Shown here: piece by piece, positions 27,118 to 40,897 of the stretch
Position numbering within the stretch: the stretch's first letter is position 1
How the letters are laid out: each line of letters begins with the position of its first letter
NCBI GenBank assembly: GCA_951406725.2
Contig: OX597824.1
Location: 6,386,001 to 6,450,000 of the forward strand
Length of the DNA: 64,000 bases
From: Octopus vulgaris
Lineage: Eukaryota
Reading direction: 5' to 3'
The notes under the pieces: model-generated
Database searches by the model: none
The model's input: only the letters and a program-made list of their open reading frames with translations
Told to the model about the DNA's origin: nothing
Position numbers and translations under genes: made by a program

Positions 27118-27676
27118 TTGCCCTGATGCAGTACCAGACGGTGGTTCTCATGGCTTCTGATCTTAACTGATTGGAAGTGTTATCATGTACATTGTTTTGT
27201 CTTGGTGTAAAAGATGGGCTACAGCAAATATTCTGCTCAATACCACAGATTTGTCTCTCAGTTGTTTGACGTTAACCAGTTGAGCATGTCCCTTAGTGAC
27301 TGACGATATGTGCATCTCTGATCACGAGCTGAAGTAGTGGGGGAGCATCATAGCCATGTGTTGAGAGGGATTCTTTGGCGTTTGGATAATTCACCTCTGG
27401 AAATATGGGTGTTCCGTTCAACACCCTTAAACAACCTGTATTCAGGGACCTTTTGAGCGGGATGGGTTACTCGACCAGAAGAAAATTCTAACTAGGCCCC
27501 CACCTGCAAGGTCATGCGCTGTTTATCTTGATATGAGATCACCATGTCGCGCACATATGGTTGTGATGCATGTGCCTAGTGTACCCTTATCAGACGGGTA
27601 GTCATGATGGGTATACTGGGCATCGTATATTTTACACCAGTGTCCCTTTGATGGCATGCACTGCTCTCTCACCCAA
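27118..27676 (+). mobile_element. ~550-bp non-coding interspersed repeat embedded in (TAA)n, copy 1
   Basis: tgatgcagtacca...gcactgctctctcacccaat. Four homologous copies in the window. Strand assigned by the (AAT)n orientation only. Confidence 0.8.
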
Positions 27677-27678
27677 TG

Positions 27679-27762
<84 letters not shown>

Positions 27763-27765
<3 letters not shown>

Positions 27766-28280
27766 GATGGTATAGGCACACACCAGAAAAGGTCACAGAA
27801 AACGAGAAAGCAACCATACTCTGGGATATGCCGATACACACAGATAGAGAAATTAAGGCCAACAGACCAGATATAGTTGTCAGAGATCATGAAGAAAAAA
27901 ATGCTTTCTAATTGATGTATCAATACCGGCAGATGACAACGTGTCTCTAAAAGAAATGGAGAAACTTTCAAAATACAAAGACCTGGAAATGGAGGTAACC
28001 AGAATGTGGAATCTAAAAACAGAAACAATCGCTATCATAGTAGGTGCATTAGGCATGATAAAAAAATATTGAGACAAATACATAACAAAAACACCAGGAC
28101 TTACAAACACATATAACATACAGAAAATTGCACTACTAGGCACTGCACACATCCTACGCAGAACACTTTCCATACAATAACCATCAGAGCATCACAACAA
28201 ATCACAGCACATACCCAAGGCACAAAGAGCTGCGCTCGGTAGTGAAGTGAAAGCACACTATAAAAATAAAACTACTGAAC
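27763..28280 (+). pseudogene. Dong/R4-clade non-LTR 3' fragment (restriction-like endonuclease plus 3' UTR)
   Basis: WYRHTPEKVTEN..ILWDMPIHTDREIKANRPDIVV..LIDVSIP..KLSKYKDL..IIVGALG..QKIALLGTAHILRRTL, flanked by (TAA)n. Confidence 0.85.
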
Positions 28281-28317
28281 GATAATAATAATAATGATAA
28301 TAATAATAATAATAATA

Positions 28318-28865
28318 ATGCAGTACCAGGCAGTGGCTCTCAAGGCTTCTGATCTTAACTGATTGGAAGTGTTATCATGTACATTGTTTTGTCTTGGTAT
28401 AAAAGATGGGCTACAGCAAATATTCTGCTCAATACCACAGATTTGCTTGTCAGTTGTTTGACCTTAACCAGTTGAGCATGTCCCTTAGTGGCTGACGATA
28501 TGTGCATCTCTGATCATGAGCAGAAGTAGTGGGGGAGCATCATAGCCATGTGTTGAGAGGGATTCTTTGGGGTTTGAATAGTTCACCTCTGGAAACATGG
28601 GTGGTTCTTTCAACATCCTTAAACAACCCTTATTCAGGGACCGTTTGAGCGGGATGGGCTACTCAACCTGAAGAAAATTCTAACTGGGCCCCACCTGCAA
28701 GGTCATGTGCTGTTTATCTTGATATGAGATCACCATGTCGCGCACATATGGTTGTGATGCATATGCCTGGTGTACCTTTATCAGACGGGTAGTCATGATG
28801 GGTATATTGGGCTTCGTATATTTTACCCCAGTGTCACTTTGATGGCATGAACTGCTCTCTCACTC

Positions 28866-28866
<1 letters not shown>
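28318..28866 (+). mobile_element. ~550-bp (TAA)n-embedded repeat, copy 2
   Basis: Colinear with 27118-27676, (TAA)n on both sides. Confidence 0.8.
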
Positions 28867-28935
<69 letters not shown>

Positions 28936-30189
28936 CTTAACAATTTGATAATTATAAAAATGATCGAAGACGCTACAGGACAATATAGAACACAATACAA
29001 TATGGAATTACATAATAATGTGTTAACAGCAAATAAGAGAAAGAACGAAATATAAAAAAAAAGTCAAACAATAAATAATATTATCATGGACAGAATTTGC
29101 TGCTGAAGGAAATAAATTCAACGAAATCTACTGCAGTGTTTCAATGCTGCCACTGCATGATATATGAACCTAAATCATCTATCTTACACCTTGGCAAAAG
29201 GAGTCATCGGACTGACTGGCTGATCGATACTCTATGAACTGAACTATCGTTATTTCTCTTCCTGTATAACGCTGTGTTGTTGATTTATGGATCATAATAA
29301 GATTAAATGTCCAAATATTGGTTTTCATCTGACAGCGATGGAACTCATATATTTCCATCATTTAACTTGATAGTATATATATATACACCGGTTCTTTATA
29401 CTAATTTATACTAAATTAATCTTCATTTTCACCTCTGGTAATTGATGAGCAGTTTTGTGGCTGACATGATTCGGCTCAAACCCAACTAAATCTCTCGCAG
29501 ACATTCGATATTATGCTAAAATAGTATTCTTGGTATATAAACGCTCCAGCAAATACATTAGATATACAAATAGCAAGGCGACAAGTGATTTGAAATATGA
29601 GATGCTTATTGTGATTAGAGCTGTTTGCTTGGATCCAGTTGACGACATTTCACCTGAATACCATTCCCACTTCGTAAATGATTCTTGCCAGCCAGACGAA
29701 GACCAAAGCCATCTGTTGACTTTCTATTTCAATTTCAAACACATGTTACCATCGTTGTCCAGGCCTTTTTTTTTTTCCAATAATGTAAATGTAATTTAGA
29801 TGCGTTAAAAAATGCAAATAGCTGCAAAGGGATCTGGTTTGGGTCTTGCATGCGAAGGCATAAGTCAATCAATCTGGACGACTCCCTCGTATCGTTGACA
29901 CGTTCATATCGATCTTCTTCAGATTTCAGCTTGAAACCGAAAGGAATTAAATTAAATTCTGTGTGTAAGACATCTGCAAAGACATTGTTGTATGGCTTAA
30001 GGAGTTCGATTCGGACCGTGTGGTTTCGCGTTTAATATCAATGTGGGGGAATCGGTAACCGAAATTTGATAGACGGGAAACCTGCAATATTCCAATACAC
30101 ACATTCATACATACATACATACATACATACATACATACATACATACATACATACATACATACATACATACATACATACATACATACATA

Positions 30190-30640
30190 CATTATTACGG
30201 CTACCCCCTCGTTATCAAGTATGGCCATCGCACGAAGCTTAACTGTTACTGGTGCTGTGATCGAATGTGACTTTTTAGCCCAGCTAAAGATCTACAATGT
30301 CTTGTACATAATTGGCAACTAAAACCTTTACCGGTAATAGCCGGCTGTAGTTGTAACTGGGTTTCATGTACCTTTGCATGTCGTTTAAGTCCTCCTGCCG
30401 AATTACACTCTCTTCCACATGCCTGACAGATATGATTAGTATGGTGTGTTACACCACCACCAGTGGCCAGGTTGTCACTCATCTGTCTCGCTTTATGACT
30501 ACGAAGATGACTCTTGAGTCCAGCTTTACTTAGGCTGGGTCTTGCACAGACACTGCATGTCAGCATCATAGGAAGACCCTTCTCAGCTGGAAGTGTAACA
30601 GCGATGCCCTTCCTGACATCCCTCCTTACTTTCTCATGTA
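30190..30640 (-). pseudogene. RTE-like LINE 3' end with three C2H2-type zinc fingers
   Basis: CSVCARPSLSKAGLKSHLRSH, CQACGRECNSAGGLKRHAKVH and CQLCTRHCRSLAGLKSHIRSQH, then a short 3' UTR and a (TATG)n tail. Confidence 0.65.
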
Positions 30641-31629
30641 TGAACGTACATACATACATGCATACATACATACATACATACATACATACATACGTGCATA
30701 CATTCATACATGAGTGTATGCGTGTATAAGTGTGTGTGTGTGTATGTGTGTATGTGTATGCGTGTGTTTATGTGCTATCCTGCACCATCAGTCACAATTA
30801 GTGACTATTGAATTCTTTCTTTTTAGTTTTCTATTGCTTGTATACGCATACGTCAGCGCACGTGTCTGTGTGTATATGTGTCTATATACAGTCTTCACAG
30901 TAAAAAGGAAATGCGCTCCTCTAAACGTGAAGGGAATATGATGCATCTAACGATGGTATCTAGTTATCAAAATCAAATCATAAACACAGACTGAGCAACA
31001 AATATATATTCGATCTTAATTCAGCTTTAATTCTCCGCTGAAATCGTCTTTTTAGTTCAGAAACAAAGACTTCAAATTGATCGTTATGATGACACATTGT
31101 TTAAAGTAATTTGAATATTGTTTTACAGTAATTAAAAAGAATAACAGCGTAGATATGGAACACAAGCAGCCAAAATCTCCCCCACTAAATCCTTACATAA
31201 ATTTTATTTAATCTGTTTTGTATATTGTTCCGTAAGCAATACGTGAGCTTTAGATAGGCGCAAACGGGACAAGGTTTTAATCTCCATCTGAAACAGTTCA
31301 ATCCCGTAACAAATCCATAATGCTGTAATAAATAAAATCATATTCAGCCCAGCACAATAACTATGGTGGTTAGCTTAGAGTTAACTACATCTTCTTAATG
31401 CAGAAGGCCCCCTTGGGAAACTTTCTAAACTGATAAGACTTTTTTTCATTATTTTCTTTGTTTCAATATTAATAATTTATTATTTTCTAAATCGCTATGC
31501 CCATCACAATTGCCCTTTTCTCACTCTTTAACAAATACAGGATAAGACTTCTAGCCTAGTTAATAAGCAGCAGATCAAGGCTCCTACTTGATTCACTGGT
31601 TTGGCCACTCTAAGTTAGCTTCTTCGCTC

Positions 31630-31820
31630 AATTCTTCATAAATTATGCAAATGACCTAGGCCACTGACCGTGTTGCCACAACTTGTAATAGTTTTGGGCA
31701 AGTCTAGGGCATTCGTTCGTTATATCGGCAATAGTTTCGTCCACTGTATTACAGATGCTGCACAGAAGAGACACTTGCTCACTCCTAAGGTTGGCCCTCT
31801 GATTCGTGGTCAAAGATTGA
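31630..31820 (-). pseudogene. Dong/R4-like zinc-knuckle fragment
   Basis: QSLTTN..CSICNTVDETIADITNECPRLAQNYYK matches the CxxC..ETxxHxxxxCxxLA..Y pattern. Confidence 0.6.
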
Positions 31821-32384
31821 TTATTATTGTTGCCATCATCATCATCATCATCATCATCACCATCATCACCATACCTTTTTTTCATTGAATATTGTATTTT
31901 CGCCTGTTTCGTTCACTGCTGTTCAGGTACCTACGTTGTTCTGAACAAGCATGGACATCTTACTGACCCTGCCACACTTGCCCGGATTGAACACAATGTA
32001 CGTGCGTGTGTGAAAGCTGGTGGCAGAGAATGCTTGCACCAGTATTCGGTTTGTATACAGTTTCCTCTGAGTATACTGGAGCAGTGTGAAACGGAGGGCT
32101 GTGTTCAACAACACAATGCTCTCACTAGGCAAGGAATCGAAACCATTACCTTACGAACATAACCCTAATACCTCAACCACTAAAGCCAGCCTGTTTCACT
32201 CTACCAGTTCATAATCGCTTGTGAGTGACGGCTATGCTTTTCGTTTTGGTTAGTAATAAACAATCTCAGTTGAGAACCATTAAAATATGTGGGCGTGTTT
32301 TAGTGCTATGATATAAAAGTGGAGCGGTGAAATTAGATTGTGTGTGTATGTATGCATGTATTCGTGAGTGCTTATGTGAGAATA

Positions 32385-32995
32385 CGTGTGTTTTTGATTC
32401 GACGGTCATTCGGAATGCTCACAGCAGCCATATTCCTGCCACTCTATGTCACGCTGGTGAGACCCATATTGGAGTATGAGATTCAAGCCTCTTCTCCTTA
32501 TCTCCTCAAAGACATACAGCACCTCGAAAGAGTCCAGAGGCTGGCTACCCGCATGGTTCATGGTCTCAAAAATTTGTCCTACGAAGAAAGGCTGAGGACG
32601 CTCGACCTTTGTTCTCTTGAAAAACGCCGCCGCCGTGGTGATCTCATTCTCGCCCACAACATCATAAGCGGGAAGTGTAACCTCTCGAAAGAGCTGTTCT
32701 TCACTCCTGCTCCGGAGCGTCGGCTGCGGGGTCATTCCGAAAAGCTCTACCTGCGACGATTTCATCTCAATCGAAGGAGAGGAGCTTTCTCCGTCCGGGT
32801 TGCGGATCCGTGGAACAAGCTGCCAGACGAGATGGTGAAGATGCCGACGACCGCTTTGTTCAAAGCCTCCCTGGACCTCAAGTGGCCTGAACTCTTTACA
32901 TGATCACCACCCTGTACTTAACTCCATGTCCCCCTACATGGCCTTGCTATTTGCTTTTGAGCCAAATTAACTAACTAACTAACTAACTAACTAAC
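32385..32995 (+). pseudogene. CR1-clade LINE 3' fragment with (CTAA)n tail
   Basis: LYVTLVRPILEY..SPY..DIQHLERVQRLATRMV..LSYEERL..SLEKRRRRGDLI..LRGH..FSVRVADPWNKLP. Confidence 0.9.
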
Positions 32996-33102
32996 ATATT
33001 CATATATATGTGTGCATGGGTGCATGTGCGTTTGCATGTGCCTGTAAGTTTAGATAGACAAGATACCTAAAGAACATTGCGATTGTAAAAATGTAAATAT
33101 AA

Positions 33103-33280
33103 GTAACAAAAGCACTCAGAGAGCGCAAACCTCCGCCAAGGCAATACCAACGTCCTCTCAACAATTAGACGGAGATGATTTTTAAAACGTGAATATCTTA
33201 AATAAACTCGACTGCTCTCACAAACGAGAATACTAAAAATGAACCCGACCGCTCTCAAAAATGAAGTAGATGCTGACATC
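33103..33280 (+). mobile_element. Non-autonomous DNA element end, MER6/Crypton-like
   Basis: aacaaaagcactcagagagcgcaaacctccgccaaggc resembles MER6/Crypton-type termini as recalled; not searched. Confidence 0.4.
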
Positions 33281-33899
33281 GTTCAGATGCTGACATCTAT
33301 CACTGCAAATATGAATTCGTGGAAATTTCTCTCAGAGTATGAGTGAATATGTGTGTGTGTGCGTGTATGCGTAGGCATCAGTCAATTTTTGCAGCATTGT
33401 AGAGACTTGGCTCTCCTTTTTAGTTATCCGAACAAAGACATTTTATATTTTGCACATTCCTTAGAAAGCCCGAAGGAAATCATGGCAGAACAAGTGTGTT
33501 TTTAATAGTATTAAAATACATACGTATGTTCTTTATAGCTCTTCTACAGATAATTTATAGATAATTCACACTAACTTTGGGCGAACGCTTATAGCTGTCA
33601 TTATCTTCGAAAAATCCTTCCAATAGATTATGTTGAAGCCTTAGAACTGGTCGAGCTGAAGTATTAGAGAAGTTCTTTTGCTTTCTTAATTACATTCTTG
33701 ACTATAAAAAGAGCAACGAAGATGACTCTACCTGAAGCAAATTGATATCCCTCTGGTCTTCGGTTTACACTTCATTCTGCTGGGGTGGATTCTAAATACC
33801 ACTTTTCTCGGCGTTAAGCAAACGGAGAATGAGTGTTTAATGCGTTAATATAGTATTATACAGAAACGAGAAGATACATCGAGTCATTGAGCCACTACC

Positions 33900-34640
33900 C
33901 TTCAATGGGACTTTATGCAAGGTTTCGATTCTTCGCTACCACTATGGCTTCTTCTGTTCGCCTTTTTACCTCCGTTTTTCCCAACCAGTTCACCAACTAA
34001 AATCGAAGCGAGTCTAATCAAATCTCCCCAGCAACATTTTGAGTCACTCGTTTCACACAATCACAGTCGAAGCATCTCAAATTGAACGGTTCGGTCTCTG
34101 TTCTTGTAATGATAATTTATTCGAGTCTTGGTCGATTCCTCTGTTCTTCAGTTATACCCTCTGGCAATATAGGGTCCTCTACATTACCCTGATCCTTTCC
34201 CATTCCTCCATGAAAGTTCCTCTTTTCTACAACACCTTCACCTTGCCTATTCATCCGTTGATCTTCAATCATTACACGGGCTTTTCTTGATTATTCAAAT
34301 TTTGGGTTTCCTCAAGAACAACTGTATTCCGAACCATTCTGATGTGAATCATAAGTTCATTTTCAATAATCTGGAGCATACCTTGCTGGTTCCAAAGATC
34401 TAGAGCTCTTTTTCCGACAGCATTACATTTACCACAGCTCTTGTCTAGCCAGGCCCCTCCTGGCACTTAATTACTTTTTTGCTTGCATCGGCAGGCCACT
34501 TGCATTTGAAAGTAAAACGACCACGATTGGGTGGAGTCTTGTGTTCCATTCCATTGTTCTAAGAATGGCCCCTGTCGAGTGTGGCACTCCAGTGTCGTTG
34601 GCACTCAAGGAAGTCTCCTCGTTCACTCCGTTATGTAGAA
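33900..34640 (-). pseudogene. Degenerate Dong/R4-like ORF N-terminal region
   Basis: GKRALDLWNQQGMLQIIENELMIHIRMV and KKP*W*RRIE resemble Dong/R4 N-terminal motifs. Confidence 0.45.
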
Positions 34641-34663
34641 AGATATTACTTACCATCATTGAA

Positions 34664-34893
34664 GGCGGCGAGCTGACAGAAACGTTAGCACGCCGAGCGA
34701 AATGCTTAGTGGTATTTCGTCTGCCGTTACGTTCTGAGTTCAAATTCCGCCGAGGTCGACTTTGACTTTCATCCTTTCTGGGTCGATTAAATACGTACAG
34801 TTACGCACTGGCGTCGATATAATCGACTTAATCCGTTTGTCTGTCCTTGTTTGTCCTCTCTGTGTTTAGCCCCTTGTGGGTAGTAAAGAAATA
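34664..34893 (+). mobile_element. SINE family B with 18-bp target-site duplication
   Basis: tattacttaccatcattg at 34644-34661 and 34896-34913. Confidence 0.9.
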
Positions 34894-34980
34894 GGTATTA
34901 CTTACCATCATTGCAACGAATGTGAGTGATTTTCTTCAAGATTTGCTCCTCGAATATGTTTAACTGAGATTTTCATGTAT

Positions 34981-35383
34981 ACTCTTTTACTCTTTTACTC
35001 TTTTACTTGTTTCAGTCATTTGACTGCGGTCATGCTGGAGCACCGCCTTTAATCGAGCAACTCGACCTCGGGACTTATTCTTTTGTAAGCCGAGTACTTA
35101 TTCTATCGGTCTCTTTTGCCGAACCGCTAAGTAACGGGGACATAAACACACCAGCATCGGTTGTCAAGCAATGCTAGGGGGACAAACACAGACACACAAA
35201 CACACACACGCATATATATACGACGGGCTTCTTTCAGTTTCCGTCTACCAAATCCACTCACAAGGCTTTTATCGGCCCGAGGCTATAGTAGAAAACACTT
35301 GCCCAAGGTTCCACGCAGTGGGACTGAACCCGGAACCATGTAGTTGGTAAGCAAGCTACTTACCACACAGCCACTCCTGCGCC
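34981..35383 (-). mobile_element. SINE family A, full length
   Basis: Reverse complement from ggcgcaggagtggc to the (taaaagag)n tail. Confidence 0.85.
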
Positions 35384-36265
35384 TCCGGTCACCCCATTTA
35401 TAACACCAGCTCCAACTTAGTCGAAGGCCAAGACTTAGGATGCTACGTTACCCAGTGTAAGTTCCCGCAGGACTCCCATAAACGCAGAGGTTACACCGGC
35501 AAATGCATGGCAGGGGTGGCACTAATTCCTTCAACTTTTCACATAGACTGCTGCATAGAGAAATATATTATGCATTGTATCCTTTGTCTTAGATGTTAGG
35601 TGCGAATAGAAAGAGATTTAACTTTTTTTTTTCTATTATGCCGAATGAACTGTCAAATAATCCATTGCTAACTTGTAATCTTTTCCGGTGGATAAGCTTA
35701 GGAAATGAAAAAAAAATTAAATGAAAGTAGTCACTTTCATTATCATTATTATTTCTATGACTTTTTGTCCGTGTCGCTACTTTCTGTAGCCATGGTAACA
35801 ACGTTGATGTTGGTTTTGTTTTTGTTCTGGCTAGACTACGTTCTGGTTCTGTAATCACAGAAGAAGGATAGCAGGGGTTGGCAGATTGTGATTATCAGTT
35901 TTATTATAGTTACTTCCTGTGTTGCTGATTTCATTGTTGTTGTTGTTGTTGTCGTATTCTTTGTCTGAGCTGCCCCCTGTAGTCGTAGTGAAGGGACTGA
36001 CGATTGCTAGCTTTGTTGACCTGTCTGTGTGTAGTAGCAGTAGTAGTTAGTTAGCAGACAGTTATTGATAACATCTGCGGCTGCAATTCTCTCCTCAGGA
36101 TTTAAACTCGACATTTCGGCTCTTTGAAAAGATCGAGGGTAACAGAAGAAAAGAATTTGGGCGAAATATCGGGAAAATATATGTGACCCCTGCAACGCTT
36201 GCTTACTCATCATCATCATCATCATTATTTTTTTTAATTTATTATTATTGGTATTGTTGTTGTTG

Positions 36266-36315
<50 letters not shown>

Positions 36316-36341
36316 GTTGTTGTTGTTGTTGTTATTATTAT

Positions 36342-36892
36342 TGAATGAGAGAGCAGTGCATGCCATCAAAGTGACACTGGGCTAAAATATACGAAGCCCA
36401 ATATATCCATCATGACTGCCCGTCTGATAAAGGTACACCAGGCACATACATCACAACCATATGTGCGCGACATGGTGATCTCATATCAAGATAAACAGCA
36501 CATGACCTTGCAGGTGGGGGCCCAGTTAGAATTTTCTTCTGGTCGAATAACCCATCCCACTCAAAAGATCCCCGAATAAGGGTTGTTTGAGGATATTGAA
36601 CGAAACACCCATGTTTCCAGAGGTGAATCATTCAAACCCCAAAGAATCCCTCTCAACACATGGCTATGATGCTCCCCCACTACTTCTGCTCATGGTCAGA
36701 GATGCACATATCGTCAGCCACAAAGGGTCATGATCAACTGGTTAAGGTCAAACAACTGACAAGCAAATCTGTTGTATTGAGCAGAATATTTGCTGTAGCC
36801 CATCTTTTATACCAAGACAAAACAATGCACATGATAATACTTACAATCAGTTAAGATCAGAAGCCTTGAGAGCCACTGTCTGGTACTGCATC
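36342..36892 (-). mobile_element. ~550-bp (TAA)n-embedded repeat, copy 3
   Basis: Reverse complement of 28318-28866 within (TTA)n. Confidence 0.8.
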
Positions 36893-37113
36893 TATTATTA
36901 TCATTATCATTATGCTTAGCGGTGTCTCGCTCCTCGCTACGTTCTGACTTCAAATTCCTCCTAAGTCGACTTTGCTTTTTATAATTTCGGGGGTCAATAA
37001 ATTAAGTACCAGTGAAAAAAACTGGGGTGCACGTAATCGACTACCCCACTGCCTCCCCAAACCTGAGGCCTTGTGCCTCTAGTAGAAAGGATCATTATTA
37101 TTATTATTATTAT

Positions 37114-37185
<72 letters not shown>

Positions 37186-37193
37186 CAGGTGCA

Positions 37194-37228
<35 letters not shown>

Positions 37229-37229
37229 G

Positions 37230-37286
<57 letters not shown>

Positions 37287-37489
37287 TCCAACCAGTGAGC
37301 TGGTAGAATCGTTAGCACGGTGGCTAAAATGCTGAGCGACGTTTCGTCCGTCTTTACGTTCCGAGTTCAAATACCACCGTGATCGACTTTTACTATGAAA
37401 TGAGTACCAGCTGAACACTGGGATCGATGCAGTCGACAACCAACCCTCCCCTCCACAGAATTTGAGGCCTTGTGCCTGTATTAAAATGG

Positions 37490-37578
<89 letters not shown>

Positions 37579-37672
37579 CATTATTATTATTATTATTATT
37601 ATCAAAAAAAAAAAAAATGCGCAACTCCATTGTCTCCCGAGACAGAAAGGATGCCAATTATTATCATTATTA

Positions 37673-37748
<76 letters not shown>

Positions 37749-37753
<5 letters not shown>

Positions 37754-38109
37754 TAGTTTTATTTTTATAGCGTGCTTTCACTTCACTACCGAGCGCAGCT
37801 CTGTGTGCCTTGGGTATGTGCTGTGATTTGTTGTGATGCTCTGATGGTTATTGTATGGAAAGTGTTCTGCGTAGGATGTGTGCAGTGCCTAGTAGTGCAA
37901 TTTTCTGTATGTTATATGTGTTTGTAAGTCCTGGTGTTTTTGTTATGTATTTGTCTGAATATTTTTTTATCATGCCTAATGCACCTACAATGATAGGAAT
38001 TGTTTCTGTTTTCAGGTTCCACATTCTAGTTACCTCTATTTCCAGGTCTTTGTATTTTGAGAGTTTCTCCATTTCTTTTAGAGACACGTTGTCATCTGCC
38101 GGTATTGTC
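37749..38109 (-). pseudogene. Dong/R4 3' fragment, second copy
   Basis: IPADDNVSLKEMEKLSKYKDLEIEV..LGTAHILRRTLSIQ, nearly identical to 27920-28280, within (TTA)n. Confidence 0.85.
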
Positions 38110-38144
38110 ATTATTATTATTATTATTATTATTATCATTATTAA

Positions 38145-38201
<57 letters not shown>

Positions 38202-38230
38202 TATTATTTTTATCTTTATTATTATTATTA

Positions 38231-38306
<76 letters not shown>

Positions 38307-38315
38307 CATTATTAA

Positions 38316-38346
<31 letters not shown>

Positions 38347-39252
38347 GTTGTTATTATTATTATTATTATTATTATTAATATTATTATTATTATTATTATT
38401 GTTATTATTATTATTATTATTGTTATTATTATTAATATTATTATTATTATTATTATTATATATTCTTGTATTCATGTTTAACCTTATTGAACATTGAATT
38501 TGCGTGGAGATTCTGATACACTCATACATGCACATACATACGCAGTTACGCACACAAACGCACACACACACACACATAGCATATACATATACAAACTCGG
38601 AAAATATTTATAGTTTTAAATATCGTAAAGAATAAAATATACTTCATAAGAGACTTCACGTAGATCAAAATTATTTATAAAGTTGAACTTGTTCAAGAGA
38701 AATATTAAAACCATTTACAATTTCAGAAGTTGATTACTTGTCGATATTTTCATTTTGTGTATAAAAAGCCACTTATAATCTCTTATGAATTTTATTTTTC
38801 TTCTGGTCGTAGATGAGATGTTTTGCACCAGTTGTGAAGCCTGTTATATGCACTATTTCTCATGCTTTAAAATATATCAGAATCACTTGTTTGTATTATA
38901 TACAAACGGAAACGTTTTAGTTATTTTCATAGTCGAGCTATTAAAACGATCTATTTTCGCTACTCCGGAGGGCAACTAGACTTCTGAGCTTTCGTTGGTA
39001 CTTTTGTTGTGTGTTTTCGCATTTGTGTTTTGGTTGAAGACCTTTAAGTAGATATTTTGGAAATACATGTAAATTTCTGAAATACATGTAAATTTCTGTA
39101 TAGTGAAAAAGTACACCTGGAAACTACGAGGTTTCTAGTTCAGTCCTATTGTGTAACACCATAAGGAAGTGACTTCTATTTCTCTGGGTCGCCCAATGAT
39201 TTGTGAGCGAATTTGGTTAACGGCAAATATGGAAGCCCCTCGTGTGTGTGTG

Positions 39253-39635
<383 letters not shown>

Positions 39636-39892
39636 GAGCTGAATATGGCTTGCTTGCTTGCTGTGTTGAACAGTAATTGAATATCTATAGCAGAAATTTA
39701 CCTGCGTTCGTATTTAACCAATATACATTAAATAAGCATGATGATTTAACCTAAACCAATAGACACATTCAGTGGCCCAGCAACAAAATTTACTAAGGGG
39801 GTGCAAACCCAGGTCCTAATTTGTTTAATGAAAAATGTGGATTTTTCGAATGTTAACATTAAAACAAATACAGGTATAATAATTTTTATTAT

Positions 39893-40310
39893 TATGAGGG
39901 TCGGCTGAAATGTTCATAATCTGAGCAAGACACTCTCAATGGAATGTGACCAAATGGAGTTCATTCTCTAACACAGTTCCTTACTGTCCACACACTTCCA
40001 TTAGGAGTTGCAGTGCTTGGGTCGCACTGGTGAAGAAGCTTTTCTGTTGATCAAAATGATCATTAACAACAGATAAGATGTTCTCATCATAGTGATACTG
40101 GTGCTCAGCTGAGTGTTTTTCTATGTTGGGAAACAGATGATAACCAGAAGGAACCAAATCACTAACATAGGGAGGATGATCAACCAGTTCAAAGCCAGTC
40201 ACATACAGCAGCCATTGAAACCAAGGACTTGTGTCCTGAAGCATTGTCCTAATGAAACAAGACCCCCATTCATCAGTTTTACTGGGTGTTTGGTCTTGAT
40301 AGCCTTTCAT
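39893..40310 (-). pseudogene. Mariner transposase C-terminal fragment with one TIR-like end
   Basis: FELVDHPPYVSDLVPSGYHLFPNIEKH (YSPDLAPSDY-like), with ta-tgagggtcggctgaaa at the end. Confidence 0.75.
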
Positions 40311-40699
40311 AACTGCTTTAGGAAGTTGGTATTGAACTTTTCCATTGATGGTGTGATCATTTTGAAGATAGCCAAAAAACACAATATTTTGTGCATTAAT
40401 GCATAGTATATATAATAATATGAAGTATATTTTGCATATTAAAATGTCAAATTTTGGAAATGTATCAAGCAGAGCTAAATAAGCAGTAAAAATACAAATT
40501 GCAAGTATTTCAAAATGTGGGACCCTACATGACAAAAACTAAAAAAAAAAAGGAAGAAAATAGTGGTGCTTGTGTTCTAAAGGTACAATGAGAAGGCTCA
40601 GGAGAAGGATAGAGAGATGGGGTAGAGGGAAGGAAGTTAGAAGGAAAGAAAAGAATGAAAATTGAAAAGATAAACTGGGGATCTGAAATGAGTACTAGG

Positions 40700-40897
40700 C
40701 AGGAAATTGGCCCCTGTGCCGGTGGCACGTAAAGACAGCACCCACTACACTCTCAGAGTGGTTGGCGTTAGGAAGGGCTTCCAGCTGTAGAAACACTGCC
40801 AGATCAGACAGGAGCTTGGTGCCGCCTCCTGGCTCCCCAGGCCCCAGTCGAACCATTCAACTTATTCCAGCATGGAAAATGGAAATTAAACGATGAT
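40700..40897 (+). mobile_element. SINE 3' fragment (separate family)
   Basis: ggtggcacgtaaa..gtggttggcgttaggaagggcttccagctgtagaaac..ttaaacgatgatg tail. Confidence 0.5.

Noticed and set aside
27118-27145. Resemblance of cctgatgcagtaccag to U2 snRNA stem-loop IV
   Set aside because: The match is too short and there is no other colinear U2 similarity.
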